Assembly: GCA_964016885.1 (NCBI GenBank)
Contig: OZ024742.1
Span: 215,264,001-215,328,000, forward strand
Source: Eledone cirrhosa
Lineage: Eukaryota
Length of the DNA stretch: 64,000 nucleotides
Reading direction: 5' to 3'
Part shown: positions 1 to 14,618 of the stretch, piece after piece
Layout of the letters: each line of letters starts with the position of its first letter
Numbering within the stretch: position 1 is the first letter of the stretch
Notes under the pieces: generated by a model
What the model saw: only the letters and a program-made list of their open reading frames with translations
What the model was told of the DNA's origin: nothing
The model's database searches: none
Position numbers and translations under genes: made by a program

Positions 1-38
<38 letters not shown>

Positions 39-819
39 AGTGATTACATATGTATTAAGCTCTGCGTCTGATTATTATGTATATATGAGTTAATCTGTAC
101 TATCATTGTCATATGAGAAAACATTCGGTTAAAGATGTAAGTGCATGCATATTCTTGGATATAATGTAATGGCAGCATACCGTTATTGATCAAGCTCGTC
201 ATAATAATTTCAGTTATACATCTCCACTGACATTCAAAAATGCGGTTATACATATGTACTGCAATAATAGGATTTATTTATTGATTTTTACTTTCTTATC
301 AGGATTCTTTTGCTGTGTTTTGGTATCATATTGGAATTCTGTCATATAGTTTCACCATCATACGGCAATATATTCAAATACGTCCACCTTCTCGTTCGAA
401 TTCCACTTATGAGACAGGAAAAAAACTATAACCTTTTAGACTCATCACGCTTGGGGACAGTCACTATTGATTTGCAAGTTTTCTGCATTATATTTCAGCA
501 TTGTCTGAAACAACCGGTCAACTAAAATGAGGTGAAATTATCATTCCTTAGCAGGTTTTATCTTGTTTTAGATAAAATTCACCAACGAATACCTTTCTGT
601 TGCAAAGAAATACGCCTATTTCAGCACTGTGTATCTGAAAAAAAAGACGAAGTAAAGGGACGGTCACTCTGCATGGAGTTTTAGGGACAACACCCTTACC
701 CAGTGAGTATGTGGGTATTTAAAACTCTATAGGTATCCTCACAGCCACTTTGATTCGGATAAGTGAGAATGAACAACAATGACAATGAGATAATGTGGAA
801 GATTCGTGTCCAGAACAAG

Positions 820-950
820 ATTGGTGATTTATTTATCGACCTCAAAACAAAAGGTTGATTTCGGTCAGGTTTCAATAGAGAGCGCAGTATGTAGGGACAT
901 ACATGTGGTTAATTGATCCGACGCTCTAATCGCTCTGTCAATTTACCGCC
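820..950 (-). mobile_element. Old, degenerate copy of the tRNA-derived SINE
   Basis: 'ttatttatcgacc...aaaggttgatttcgg...ccgacgctcta...gtcaatttaccgcc' matches the reverse complement of the SINE at 8021. Confidence 0.6.
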
Positions 951-2340
951 GTTGTTCTGCTTTTGGGAAATAAAATTCAAATCTTGCCTAAATCATTTCC
1001 CGCAGCTTGAAAAACTATAAATGGCACATTAGAGACTACTTCAATATATATATAGTTTGCAAATGCTATACTTTACTAAACTAAAATAATGACAATGACA
1101 ACAAGAACATTGAGAATTGTTTTTTACCAACCTGATTTAAAAGGTATATGCACGTTGATAATAACATATGATTATTTAGGATACAGTGGTTAAACCCGTG
1201 ACCATTTTCAATGTTGTCGACGTGGGAGGATGCTATATTGAACTGTAGAATATTTGGTTTGAACTATTATAAAAGGGATTGATCTCAGATAGTCATCCAA
1301 ATAGTATCCAAGTAATGTGGTCTTAAAAAGAAACAAAAATAACTACAGTAAATACAAACTGTAATACTTGCACCAATTTACTACTGACCGGAGATAAATT
1401 TTTATGGCGCTAAAACGATGAAATCTAAAGGTGGCTCCAGCTGAATCTGAACTATGGTCATTGAAAGCCAGAAAAGCGACTGCAAATATTTGTATTATAT
1501 TCTAACTAGAAAATTAAATATCGGAATAGAGGACGTGATATTGCAAAATACATTTTGACAAACTTGTCACTGTATTATAGTAGCGAGTAATTGGCTTTAC
1601 TTTCTGCTTTACTCACACAAGATCTTGAAGTATTTCCGTTTGAAATGATTGAATAATTATATCAATTCAGTCAACATCCATATAGTTTGTTCAGGGAAGC
1701 GTTCATTATGGTATACTTAGAAGGGACTATATCTATACAGACAGTTAAATATTATGTAAAGTTCATATATTTGTATTTAAAAAAGAAATATTCGGAATGA
1801 AAATTTCATACAACTCGGAATTGAAACGGTTCATTGTATTTCCCCCTGAGAAAATTGTGCTAACACAAACTATCGCTACAAAATTAATTGGATGGTTTTA
1901 TTAAAATGTACCATTATTTGATGAGGAGAACGAATGTGCTTTTACGGTCAGAGTTTTGTGAACAATATGTGGCATATGTATACAAAAACAAAAGTCAAGG
2001 AATGCATAGGCTTGTTTATTACGATTATGAAGAGGGAAACCAGACATATATTTGGTTAGTTTTCTCTTTGTTTTGTAAACAAAGGGTTACCTTAAAGTGG
2101 GTGGGATCAAACCAGCTTAGTTTCTATTAAGGTTATTGTTTCAAGCATCAGAAAACAACGGCTAATTGGCGTATTCGTCATAAATGTATAAATATACGCA
2201 AACACATACACAACACAAATCTATCAATCTATCTATCTATCTATCTCTGCATATCGATTAATATGTCTATCTACGCATGTATATCTCTATTTATCTATCA
2301 ACTTACCTCTCTCTCTCTCTCTCTCTCCATATATATATGG

Positions 2341-2401
2341 GTGTTCTGTTATTAATTCTGGCAATATTACACAAATATGACCCTCCCCAAGTATAACGAT
2401 A

Positions 2402-2402
<1 letters not shown>
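2341..2402 (+). repeat. Fragment of the 3' pseudo-LTR of the Penelope family at 44.7-49.4 kb
   Basis: Near-identical to 49324-49386; ends at 'tataacgatat' followed by (TA)n. Confidence 0.9.
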
Positions 2403-2470
<68 letters not shown>

Positions 2471-2650
2471 ATAATAATAAATTTGAAGACTAAAATCCAA
2501 AGAGGGCTCGATAAGGATAAATATATATCAAATATATAAGAACCGTAGAACAAATATTTATTAAAATAACAAAAGTATCGTCTTCCTGTCTTCGTCCGGT
2601 TGCAACGTTTTTTGAAATATCCACTTCTGCGTTTACAGATTGACTTTGTT

Positions 2651-2701
2651 AGTTTCAGCAGATCCTGTTAAGGGTGAAAGCAGCGATTCTTTGCTTAAAC
2701 T
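2651..2701 (+). ncRNA. Type I HHR motif with decayed core (CAGCAGA), in a PLE 3'-end fragment (about 2560-2722)
   Basis: agttt-CAGCAGA-tcct gttaa gggt-GAAA-gc...gc-TT-aaact. Related copies lie on the minus strand at 37773-37820 (core CTGAAGA) and 49896-49946 (CAGAAGA). Confidence 0.7.
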
Positions 2702-2717
2702 TTAATCTGTTATTTTA

Positions 2718-2751
<34 letters not shown>

Positions 2752-2756
<5 letters not shown>

Positions 2757-3400
2757 AAACTTGGACGGGGGAAAAAACAGAGAGGCAGTACAAATAAAAG
2801 TTTATTAGGTTCGCGCTTTTGAGAGGGGGGGGGGGCGTTTTGGGCATAATCCCTTCATCATGAGAAAAGTGGGTAGGAAGAGAGTGTCGAGGGTGTAAGT
2901 GTGGGGGGGGGATTAAATACATTTAGAAAAAGGGGGGGGAGAAGGGAGGAATAACGATGGAAGGAGTACAAATAAAAATAAACATAAAAATAAACAAGTG
3001 GTGGAAGGGTGTGAGGCGTGTAGGGGTGGTGGCGTATGGATTTGGGAGAGGTAGGCGGGGAGGGCTGAAGGTGGTGTTTGTGTATGTGTGTAGGTGTACG
3101 TGTGTGTGTGTGCTCTGTGGATGTGAATGTGAGAGTTGGGGGAAGAACGAGGTTCCATGTTCAGGAAAAGGTCTGTGCGTGGGGTGGTGTGTAAGTCGGT
3201 TTGTGCGTGCTTGTGGGTGTAGAGGGGTCGGAGGGGCGTTTGTGTGGATTCCGGAGGCTGAGTGTGTATATGTGGGGGTACCCACGTGTGTGTTTGTATT
3301 TATACGTGGTGTGGATGTAGGTGGTGTGTTTTGAAAAAAAAATGTGAGTGTATGTTCGTTGGTAAGTTCCTAAGGTAGTTCCGTGGAGTGTGCGATGGGA
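2752..3400 (-). mobile_element. Probable PLE 3' UTR remnant with a decayed HHR
   Basis: Minus strand reads ATGATGA-a-ggg attatg ccc-AAAA-cgc...gcg, then AATAAA, then (TA)n; CA-rich low-complexity body. Confidence 0.4.
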
Positions 3401-3421
3401 AAACGACACAAAAGACCACGG

Positions 3422-3470
3422 CCACCCTGACCACCCTGACCACCCTGACCACCCTGACCACCCTGACCAC
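3422..3470. repeat. 9-bp tandem repeat (ccaccctga) x5.5
   Basis: Seen directly, just past the 3' end of the Tx1 ORF. Confidence 0.9.
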
Positions 3471-3479
3471 CATTCCTCA

Positions 3480-6150
3480 AACTACAAGCGTATATTCACC
3501 GCGATCCCCTTCACTCGGAACATTCTCGCTACATTCACCCACCTTTCAACAAACTTACTAAAGACATCACTTGCCTCTCCACCCTGATTTTCCTCTTCAA
3601 GTAAAACTTGAAAAAGTTAATCAGGGATTGGCCGGAGAGGAAAGTGTGCGTCTTCAACCCTTTCAACCTTGTTCACCACACAATCTCTTTTGCCATGGCC
3701 ACCAGGCAGATGAAAACTGCTTGCCCTTCTTCATCTTTAAAGGAGGATGGTGGGGTTATCTGCACAATGGACTCAGTCGATAACCGGATCCGTCCTACAC
3801 GCGACAGCAGCTGTTCCACAAGTCACCAATCCTCGGGCACTGAATGAATGCGTGCAGGACGGTTTCGTCGCCCTGCGCGCATCTTGGACAGGCTCGGCTG
3901 ACAGCACCTCTGTCCCTGTAGAGCTCAACCCGAACTGGCAACGCTCGCCGGTAGCCCAGCCAGGCCAGGGATTTCTGGAAGTTGTCCATAGGCCCTGGTC
4001 TGAAAGTTCTCTTGAAGAGAGCAAACAGCCAATCGTCTTCGACGCCCAGGGTCTCCCAGAGAACGTCATCGGTCTTTCCCTCCACTTGTCCTCTATTGAA
4101 CGCAGAGGGGGATGTTCCACCGGTACTGGTGCCCAGCTGGTAGAGCGCTGAGCGCTTGGAGACATTCCAGCTTCCAATCGCTATCCCTCGATCTTTTCCT
4201 GATCCAGGACTGCAGCTCCGTCAAGGAGACGAGCTGGGGAAAACCGCGTCTGGAAAACGGCGACCACACCTGTTCACCGTCAAAGAAGTACTAGTGATGT
4301 CGCAGCCTCAGCGCATGTTTGTGCATCATCAGCCACGGCATGTCTAATCCTCCACGCAACGGGTGTTGACAGCAAATGGATCGTCTGACCATGGGAGAAC
4401 GTCCCTTCTACAAAAAGCGGAAGAAAAGTCGCTCCATTTTGGTCAAAGTTGGGCGGGGGCAAGGTACGATGGTCAGGCGCTAACAGATGCCGGACGCTAT
4501 GTACGCATTTGCTACCTCCGCCCGACCTTTCAGAGACAGCCTCCTCTCGGCCCATTTCTGGGTTAGAGAGGCCACACTGTTCGTCACCTCGCTCCAGTTT
4601 TTCTCCATCTAGAGGACCGGACCAAACCGGACCCATAGCAATTTAACCGGCCCTTCCGTCCAGCGCCCCATGACGCTGTCGGAGGGCATGGACTTGCCTC
4701 TCCAGGTGCCGAGTTGCAAGCCTAGTGACTTTTCCTGGTTTATCTTTGCTCCTGTCACCGCTTCTTTTTCTTTGAGAGCGGTGCCGAGCATCTGGACGTG
4801 TTTGGTGCTCGACACCATCACGGTGACGTCGTCGTTGTAAGCCGACACGGATCTCCAGCATCCCGGTTCGCCTGGGAACCTCCTCATCGTCTTCAATTCG
4901 TGCATCGTCTTCAATTCGAGGGCCAGTACATACAAGTGAGACGAGAGGGGGCAACCCTGGCGGACCGAGCGCATGATGCTGATATGATGCGACAGGTGAA
5001 TATTTACCCTCACAATCGAGCAGATGTCGCTGTGCATCGCAGCGATCTAGCCCCCAAAAAACGGGCCCGAAACCGACCGCCTCGAGGACCGCAGCCAGGT
5101 ACCAATGGTTGACCCTATCAAATGCTTTAGATTAATCCAAGTTGATCAGGGCCCCACACGTTCCAGGTTCCTTATCCACACTCTCAATGATGTATCGCAT
5201 GAGATGGAGGTTGTCGTGGTTGGGTCTGTTCTGGATGGCGCATGTCTGTGCCTCCCCCACCAGATCACCGACGACAAGCGCCAATCTCTTTGCTAACACC
5301 TGTGCCAAAATCTTAAACGCTGCGTTTAGCAGACTTATGGGCCCGAATTTGTCTATAACGTGCCCTTGTTCGGGTCAGCAGCGCCACCGTTCCCTGGCTC
5401 ACAAAACTGACAAAGCTTCCGTTCTGATTCCAGTTGCGGTAGATATCTGCCAAGAGGTCGCCGAAAAAGTCTGGCATATACGCATAAAGCTCGTAGAGCA
5501 GACTATCCAAACCAGGCGATTTATCCCTCGTGCAATCAGACATCGCTTCCCACATATAACTTGCTGTTATCAGCTTTTCGCAGCACTGCGTTAAGGTCGT
5601 CGAGAGCCGCGGCAGTTCGTCGATGTATGCACCGAAGTCCACACTCCAATCCGGCTCGCCGCCGCTCCCGAACAATTGAACAAAGTGCTGTTGAAAAGCC
5701 GTACACATCTGCTAGGGTTCGAACAACATGCGCCCGTTTTGCTCAGGCAAAGACCGAATTGTGGACTTGTTGCGACTTTGTGCTTCAACCACCACTGCCC
5801 ATTGAACGGCTTTCGTCCCCTCGTGCCTAGCAGGCGCTCTCGTAGCCTTCATGCTTTGCGTTGAAGAATTAGTCGAGTGCCAATCTCGCCGCAATCACGT
5901 CGGTTGCGATGCCTGTCCTAAACGCCTCTTCTAGCTTTCTAACTAACTCTCCCTCTACTCTATTTTCCTCTATCACAACTCCTTTGTTAAACCTTATCGA
6001 TTCTACTCTAATAGCCCTTTTCAGGGTAAACCACCACCCGTTGTTGACAATCGCACCCGTCAACGCACGCTTAACTAATTCGCTAATCCGGTCTCTGTAA
6101 GCTTTGCGCGCCGGGAACGACACGTTCAGCTTCCAGTAGTCGGGCCGCGT
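3480..6150 (-). mobile_element. 5'-truncated, frameshifted Tx1/L1-clade non-LTR retrotransposon ORF2 (RT + C-terminal CCHC knuckle)
   Basis: Motifs across several frames: YWKLNVS, KSPGLDSLLYELY, RSVRQGCPLS, SAYNDDVT (decayed YADD), GAKINQEKS, CPRCAQGDETVLHAFIQC. Confidence 0.9.
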
Positions 6151-6323
6151 GGTAAGTAATACACGCAAAAGCACGTATACATACGTACGAAATAGTAAAC
6201 ACATACACACACTCTCACACATAAATATACATATACAAATACATAAACACATACATACACATACATACACAAACACGCACACGTATACAATATATACACA
6301 CACACATGTATATGTAATTATAT

Positions 6324-6355
<32 letters not shown>

Positions 6356-6356
6356 G

Positions 6357-6402
<46 letters not shown>

Positions 6403-6527
6403 AAAATATAAACGCACACACACACACACACACACAAATACGTATACATACACACACATATACATACATAGCTAAACAATTAAACACATGCAAATACGTA
6501 TATATCATAAACACGCACAACCAAATA

Positions 6528-6651
<124 letters not shown>

Positions 6652-6873
6652 AAAACAAACACATGCTTAAGCACGTGCTCAAGTATAGCTCTTTTTACAA
6701 AGCGTTTTTTTTTTCCATTTCAGGTAGACGCGTTCCACCATCCACTTCTCTAAAAAACAAATCAACAGTTTTGCAAGAGATGTCAACATGAATGGACCTG
6801 TTATTTTTATCTAAAAGCATTTTTTTACAATTCCATCCCGCACGTCCCCTCAATATATTTTATTTTTCCTTCT

Positions 6874-6910
6874 TTCTTCTGATGAAGGATTAGCATCCGA
6901 AAAATTAAGA
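6874..6910 (+). ncRNA. Minimal type I HHR in a PLE 3'-end fragment (about 6660-6997)
   Basis: tctt-CTGATGA-a ggat tagc atcc-GAAA-aat-T-aaga; stems I and II pair. Confidence 0.7.
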
Positions 6911-6991
6911 CCCTATTCCTGCTATATCAAGCGTTAACCTAATATATACCCTCCATATAGTATACCGACAGTGTTGTTATTTCTGTTTACC

Positions 6992-7049
<58 letters not shown>

Positions 7050-8020
7050 GTAAAAGTGGAGAATAACATGGTCAACAGTACAAAAAAGGGGATTTATTTA
7101 CAGTCTAACAATTGTTTCACTGATAAGGATGTCTAAAAATTGCTGAACACTAGAAGTAGAGCCACTCAATTTTAAATACGATGTTAGCTCGATCAGATCT
7201 TCGGAAACTGTCATACAAAATACAAAATATATATAACCGGCAAATTTACAAATTCAAATTACATCATCAATAATAATATTAATAATAAAGATAGAGAGAG
7301 AAAAGAAGGAAAAAGAAAAAGAAAAAGAGAAAGAAGAAGAAGAAGAAGAAGTAGAAGAAGAAGAAGAAGAAGAAGAAGAAGAAGAAGAAGAAGAAGAAGA
7401 AGAAGAAGAAGAAGAAGAAGAAGAAGAAGAAGAAGAAGAAGAAGAAGAAGAAGGAAGAGGAGGAGGAGAAGAAATGATTACAGAGAAAAATATAAAGATA
7501 AGAAAATATATGGAAATGATGGAGACAGAGGAGAGATAGGCATAAGGATAAGTAACGTAGGATAGAAAGAACAATAGCGGGAAAAGTAATGATATCAGCA
7601 ATAAATGAATAAACGTTAATAGATGAATAAATGTAAATTATATAAAAATAAATATATATAAAAAAATATATAAAAAATATATTAAAATTAATTCCATCTT
7701 ATCTATTCCATAACCCAGATTCTACCACTTAGAAATATTGTAATATCACATTATCAGCATCATCATCATTATGATTATGAATTATAATTATAATTATCAT
7801 GATCTATCAAAGAACAACATCAAAACCTCTTATATTTACACTCTTATTTTATATATCTCTATCTTTCACTCTCTATCTCTATATTTCTCTCCCTAAATTT
7901 ATTTCATCTCTGACATTTCTTTTATCATATAATATACTCAAAAACTAATTAATTTATTTATTTATTAAAATAACAAATACACACATAAATATATTTAACA
8001 TTATAATTTTTTTACCTTAC

Positions 8021-8205
8021 CGCTGAATTGGCAGTATTGGTAGAGGGTCAGACATCCTTTCCAGCGTAATTACGCCCCTTTATGATCTGAGTTCAAATCC
8101 CACCGAGGTTAATTTTGCCTTTCATCCCTACAGGGTCAATAAAATAAAGTACCAGTAATGTACTGGGTAATTGCTGACCTTGTGCCAAAAGTAGAAACAA
8201 TTATC
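8021..8205 (+). mobile_element. tRNA-derived SINE (octopus OR-like; central motif resembles the Meta domain)
   Basis: A-box-like TGGCAGTATTGG, B box GTTCAAATCC, central 'gcctttcatcc...gggtcaataaaataaagtaccag', 3' end 'gtgccaaaagtagaaacaatt'; many copies in the window. Confidence 0.88.
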
Positions 8206-8870
8206 ATATTTTTACCTTCATATCTCTCCTTATATTTTAACAATTCTCAAAAACCACTCAATAATATTTATGTTTAAATATTCTTCGCTAATTTTTAGTT
8301 CTTTCACGTATTTATTTGCATTCTTCATTTTTCACATTTTATACCATTTTATATCACATTAGATGTAATTTATTTATTTATTTATTTAGTTATTTATTTA
8401 TTTATTTATCTATTTTTTAAATATATTTTTTATATATTTTTTATATATATTTATTTTAATTTTATTTACATTTATTCATGTATTAACGTTTATTCATTTA
8501 TTGCTGATATCATTATTACTTTTCCTTCTATTTTTCTTTCTATCCTACGTTATGCCTATCTGTCCTCTGTCTACCATCATTTCCATATATTTTCTTATCT
8601 TTATATTTTTCTCTGTAATCATTTCTTCTTCTTCTTCTTCTTCTTCTTCTTCTTCTTCTTCTTCTTCTTCTTCTTCTTCTTCTTCTTCTTCTTCTTCTTC
8701 TTCTTCTTCTTCTTCTTCTTCTTTTCCCTTTCCTTTCTTTCTTTACTGTATCTGTCTCCCTTTCTTCCTTCTTTCTCTCTTTATCTTTAATATTAATATT
8801 ATTATTGATGAGGTAATTGTATTATTAATATTATTATTGATGATGTAACTGTATTTTGTATTTTGTATGA

Positions 8871-8980
8871 CAGTTTCCGAAGATCTGATCGAGCTAACAT
8901 CGTAGTTAAAATTGAGTGGCACTGCTTCTTGTGTTCAGCAAGTTTTAGACATCTTTATCAGTGAAACAATTGTTAGAGTG
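8871..8980 (+). ncRNA. Type I HHR with long stem II and core variant CCGAAGA; mirror copy at 7101-7210 (-)
   Basis: cagttt-CCGAAGA-tctgat...atcagt-GAAA-caattg-TT-agagtg (agactg in the mirror copy, pairing with cagttt). Confidence 0.65.
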
Positions 8981-9208
8981 TAAATAAATCCCCTTTTTTG
9001 TATTGTTGACCATGTTATTCTCCACTTTTTCAATTTTATTACTCCAAGATAAACTTACATAAGAATACAAGTGAAATCATAAACTCGTCATCTACATAAA
9101 CCTCTTGTTGATTCAAACAACGCCGAATGCTAAAACTATCCATAATAATAAGTATTCATAACCTCTAACTTGATTACCTATAACGAAAAACGAAATGTTG
9201 TTATCACT

Positions 9209-9562
<354 letters not shown>

Positions 9563-9565
9563 TTT

Positions 9566-10115
9566 CAGGTCGCTCTCGTGTGCTACTGGTAACATATAAT
9601 GAGGAGGTGATATTTGGAAATTTGGAAACCCTGCTGTATGAAATACAAGACCCGGCAAAGGGCAGGGGACTCGGAACGGAAGAGTCAATGGCCATCTAAA
9701 TAGTACTTTTCTTCCTTTTTTTACCTGGGCGAGAAAGGCCTCCAGTTGTTGTCACAACACATTTTTAAGAGAGGGAAACTCTGAAAAAACCCTGCAGCTT
9801 CAGAAGCATCCGAGGATATTGAACAACTCCCCTTTTCGGGTAGTGTTTTCGATGCTTAGACAGTGGGATTAGTCGAGTGCAGGGTCTTTCCCCACTTAAA
9901 AAACTTTCAAAGCACAGACGCAGCCTGATCAGGATATATTACAGGTTCGTAAGCCATATTCTGTAATCTTGCCAACAAAAGACACAGGACTCTAGGCTCT
10001 TCAGCTCATGAGATGGTCTTTGGCAGTTTCTACACATATCAACGGTACTGCTGGTTCACCCGGGGTCACAGCGTCTGTCAGAAGCCAAAACGCCTTCTAC
10101 GGAGGAAGAGTCAAG
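9566..10115 (+). mobile_element. Probable 5' UTR region of an RTE-clade LINE
   Basis: GC-rich island with 'gagagggaaactctgaaaaaacc', similar to the recurring RTE 5'-UTR motif GAGAAGGAAAACTCTGA...AAACC; recognised from memory only. Confidence 0.4.
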
Positions 10116-11076
10116 TCATAACACTAATTTATAGCAATTAAGCTGTAAAATGTAAACATTAAATTGTATGTGACGTCAGGGACAAGGTATTGTATTTAGA
10201 GCACCCGAGTCTGAAGAAACAAATGTATGTGTTGGTGTGTGTATATATACACAACCATATATACATATATATATACATATATACAATATATATATATATT
10301 AAATGTCTATGCATGTATATATATAAATATGTATGTATGTGTGTGTGTGTCTGTGTGTGTCTGTGTTTGTGTCTACGTCTGTGTGTGTTCTTAATTATAT
10401 TAACACACATATATTAATAATTATATGTATATGTAAATACAAATTCGTATATTGACTATTAATGTGAGCGTATGCTTGGGCATAATGCAAATTTTAACTT
10501 TACATTGATTATAGTTACTGTGTAACTAAATTACCCATATTTCAATGCAAATTGGATGTGTTCTAATTATTATTTTTTTATTTCTATAATATTGTTTTCA
10601 TTTTAGCCGTGCACATTCCTTTGACATTTGCCTTTGATGATTGCATATGATCAAGCTTTCAAATCTGAGAGCAAAAGAAACATCAGCAAAAACAATTCAC
10701 GCGATAACAACATAATTAAACACACATTAATTATTCAGTTAATCATCCCACATTTTCTGAGGTTGCAAATGCATTAGGCTGTAGAAAAAAAGGTTTTATC
10801 GGTTCAAAAGAAAAACAAAACCTATCATAAGCCTAGTATCATCAAAGAAACTGACAGAAACAAGAAATATCTCTTTCAGTGGTGTTATAGAAAGTTCCGG
10901 AAGTGAATATTTAGATGGTAGTTACTAGATGTGATTTCCTGATTTCACATGAATGAAAATGATAAAAAGACTAAGTCTATATGTACGTATGTGTACACAT
11001 ACATGCATACATAAATATATATATTTGTGTGCAAGTGTGTGCTCTTTTTGTGCGTATGCATACACATTTCGGCAGT

Positions 11077-11188
<112 letters not shown>

Positions 11189-11208
11189 TATATATAATAT
11201 ATATATAT

Positions 11209-11282
<74 letters not shown>

Positions 11283-11338
11283 TATATATATATATATATA
11301 ATATATATATATATATAATATATATATATAATATATAT

Positions 11339-11381
<43 letters not shown>

Positions 11382-11393
11382 TATATATAATAT

Positions 11394-11656
<263 letters not shown>

Positions 11657-11899
11657 GAAGTGTATAGTCGATTGTAATGAAATGCAATTAAATTAAGTAT
11701 TCAACAAAGAAAAAGAAAGATACAATCAAACATATTTTGTATAGCTTACAGACAAGAAATGAAATAACGTATCACATTTGTATACGTCTCAATTTCAAGT
11801 TTATACATTTTGCACCACTCTAAATGCGCAAGATGTTACAACAAATATATTCTCTGCTTGGCATTTTGTAATACTACAGAGATCCAATCTCTAAGTAAC

Positions 11900-12338
11900 T
11901 TATAATGGTTAACGAAATGTTCATCTCCGCGGAAAATAATGAATTAAGTGCGTAGTTCGGAGATCAGAGAGTTGCTACACTTAGAGCAGCTACATATCTC
12001 AATTGAGAGATCATCGCGATATCTCGAGAATGTTGTTACAATTTTCCAAGCAAAACCAACAGACAGAAGACATAGAGGTTGACCCCGAGCAATATTGTTG
12101 TATAACATCTATGAGCTTGGGTGGACACGCCTCGGGATATAGCCGAATCAACTGGAGACATTTCGTTCTGACATGACCCGCGGGAGTGTTTGGGGAATCT
12201 GCAACCACGACCCTCTCAGGGAGGAGGAGGAGGAGGAGGAGGAGGAGGAGGAGGAGGAGGAGGAGAAGAAGAAGAAGAAGAAGAAGAAGAAGAAGAAGAA
12301 GAAGAAGAAGAAGAAGAAGAAGAAGAAGAAGAAGAAGA
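11900..12338 (+). mobile_element. 3' end of an RTE-clade LINE with a (GAG)n(AAG)n tail
   Basis: Decayed peptide VRSSEIRE...IERS...RG*PRA...LGWTRLGI; homologous to 41345-41760 (-). Confidence 0.75.
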
Positions 12339-13031
12339 TGTTGATGTGTGCAATATTTCTTAATCATGATTAATACTGAAATTGATGTCGGTCTTTCTCT
12401 TCTCTTTGCCTTGTTCTAAAGCAAAATTGGTGAATGAAATGAAAAAAAGTGATTGAAAATTATTGTGATTTGATATAATTATCAATATAATTATCATAGG
12501 ATGAAACAAAATTTTGGTAAGAAAATGAGACAACGATAATTTGTTTTATTGTTAATGCAACTTATCATGAAAGCTGAACACTGATATCGAACGAGTGGAA
12601 CGGTCCTCTCAAACATTCATTGGAAAAACAAATATTAGCAAATGAATGGTAGTGTTACCTGAAATAGAATGGACGTTTTGTGCAGGGAAGTGTAGAATGT
12701 AATAATATGATATGTACAATAAGAAGAGTATCGAAGTCAACACCACTCCCACTCTTTCGGTGAAGTGGAGTTAGATCAGCACTCTTGCCAACTCGTTATC
12801 AACACAGAGGAGAAACTTATTCGTCATCTAACTTATAAATTACTGATCAGTCAATTAACAAATAGAAATTACTTAGAGTCCATAAATTGTGTAATTAATG
12901 GTGGACACTATGACAGACACATAGATATCGAATCCTTATATATATACGTATAAAAACGTGCTCACAGGCGAACACATATACAGACTCGTGTAATTATATT
13001 TATACATATATATATAAACATATATATATAT

Positions 13032-13064
<33 letters not shown>

Positions 13065-13070
13065 CATAGT

Positions 13071-13101
<31 letters not shown>

Positions 13102-13102
13102 G

Positions 13103-13165
<63 letters not shown>

Positions 13166-13791
13166 GAGTAAATATGTACATATATGTACATATATATAGG
13201 TAAGTGTTTATATGTTGGCATGTGTGCGAGTTTGTATATATATATGTACATATGGATTAGATGAGTGTTGGAGTAAATTTGGGGCGATGTTTTTCAATAT
13301 ATTGATGTGAAAACAATAAATTTTTCAATTACTCTTTTTTTCCCTTTCCAATTTCCTGTAGCACTCGATTCTTCCCAAAGAGTTGGTATTGGAAATTCCT
13401 ATATTTTCAAACTATACTTACAGAAAAATAAGAAATTATATTGAATTATTTTTTGTATTGTGCTGGGTTTTTTTAAGCATATGTTGAATTGTCAGACATC
13501 TGAATAAATATATTAAAGATAAAAGAGAGAAAAAATAAACGAGTTTTTCATCATGGTAGTTGCCAAACAATAGTAAAGTAGAAAAACAAATATCTGCATT
13601 GCTGGTTGTTGTGCTTAGGAACCTCGTTGACAATATCTTTCCATACCGATCTATAATGCTTAAAAGCTGCCTTACTATTTCCGTACATATGCATTAGTTT
13701 GATCTCGCACTATTATTTGCCTTTCCTATTATTATTTTACAACTTCGAATTCGAAATAGAGGTTAATAAAAATAAATACTAAAATACATTT

Positions 13792-13864
<73 letters not shown>

Positions 13865-14039
13865 TATATATGCATATCTGTGCGTATGCACACACAAACA
13901 TAAACATACGCACACTCACACACATTCATATATATATATACACTCACACATATGCACGCACGTACATACACACTCACACACACACGCACACATATATGTA
14001 TATATATATATATACCCATAGTAATAAATTTGATTAAAA

Positions 14040-14370
14040 TAACAAGAGAAGTTCTATTATTGCAAGAAACACTATATGCATCTATAATGGCCTAGTTCCG
14101 AAAGAACCTTGCGACTCCATCAAGTGTGGATTGCATAATTAGTTAATCAATAAAGGAACTACCTCACGCACAATCGGTGATTGTCTGTAGTGACAATAAC
14201 ACCTATTTTGCGGGCCTTCTCCGAATCAAATATTTTCTCGATTCTCTGTTTTCGTTTACGGTAATTTCTCTGTTGATTAACTAATTGTAGAATGCGAAAC
14301 TGATGGTGTCTCTGGGATCTTACGTAACCAAGCTATTAAAATATATACAATGTTTTATGCAACAATCAAA
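14040..14370. repeat. Diverged inverted repeat (14040-14150 vs 14272-14370)
   Basis: 'ttgattaactaatt..tgatgg.gtc' is present in opposite orientations. Confidence 0.55.
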
Positions 14371-14569
14371 CCTAAAAAGAATAATGTCAGTCCGGCCTCC
14401 TGTTATTTTAATCAAATTAATATGTAACTCCGTTCCTACACCAGCCATGGAACTCAACATCAACCATGGATGAATTGCGTAAAATAGAGCACCTTCCCTA
14501 CCATTACATCATGCTTAACTAAACTGAATGACCAGTTCTAGACATTGGTAAACCACAAACCAACACACA

Positions 14570-14618
<49 letters not shown>

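Larger units (their letters stand above)
7047..9208 (+). mobile_element. PLE-derived fold-back insertion: inverted arms 7047-7690 and 8410-9030, plus an unpaired tail 9031-9208
   Basis: Arms are reverse complements, including the (GAA)n/(TTC)n tracts; each carries an HHR; (TA)n on both sides. Confidence 0.8.

Noticed and set aside
40-530. Possible host exon at the start of the window
   Set aside because: Only short ORFs, with no recognisable motif or clear splice-site pair
8021-8110. tRNA gene
   Set aside because: The A/B boxes belong to the head of a multi-copy SINE; no cloverleaf is apparent
7254-8848. Poly-Ser membrane-like ORFs
   Set aside because: They derive from (TTC)n tracts in the inverted-repeat arms
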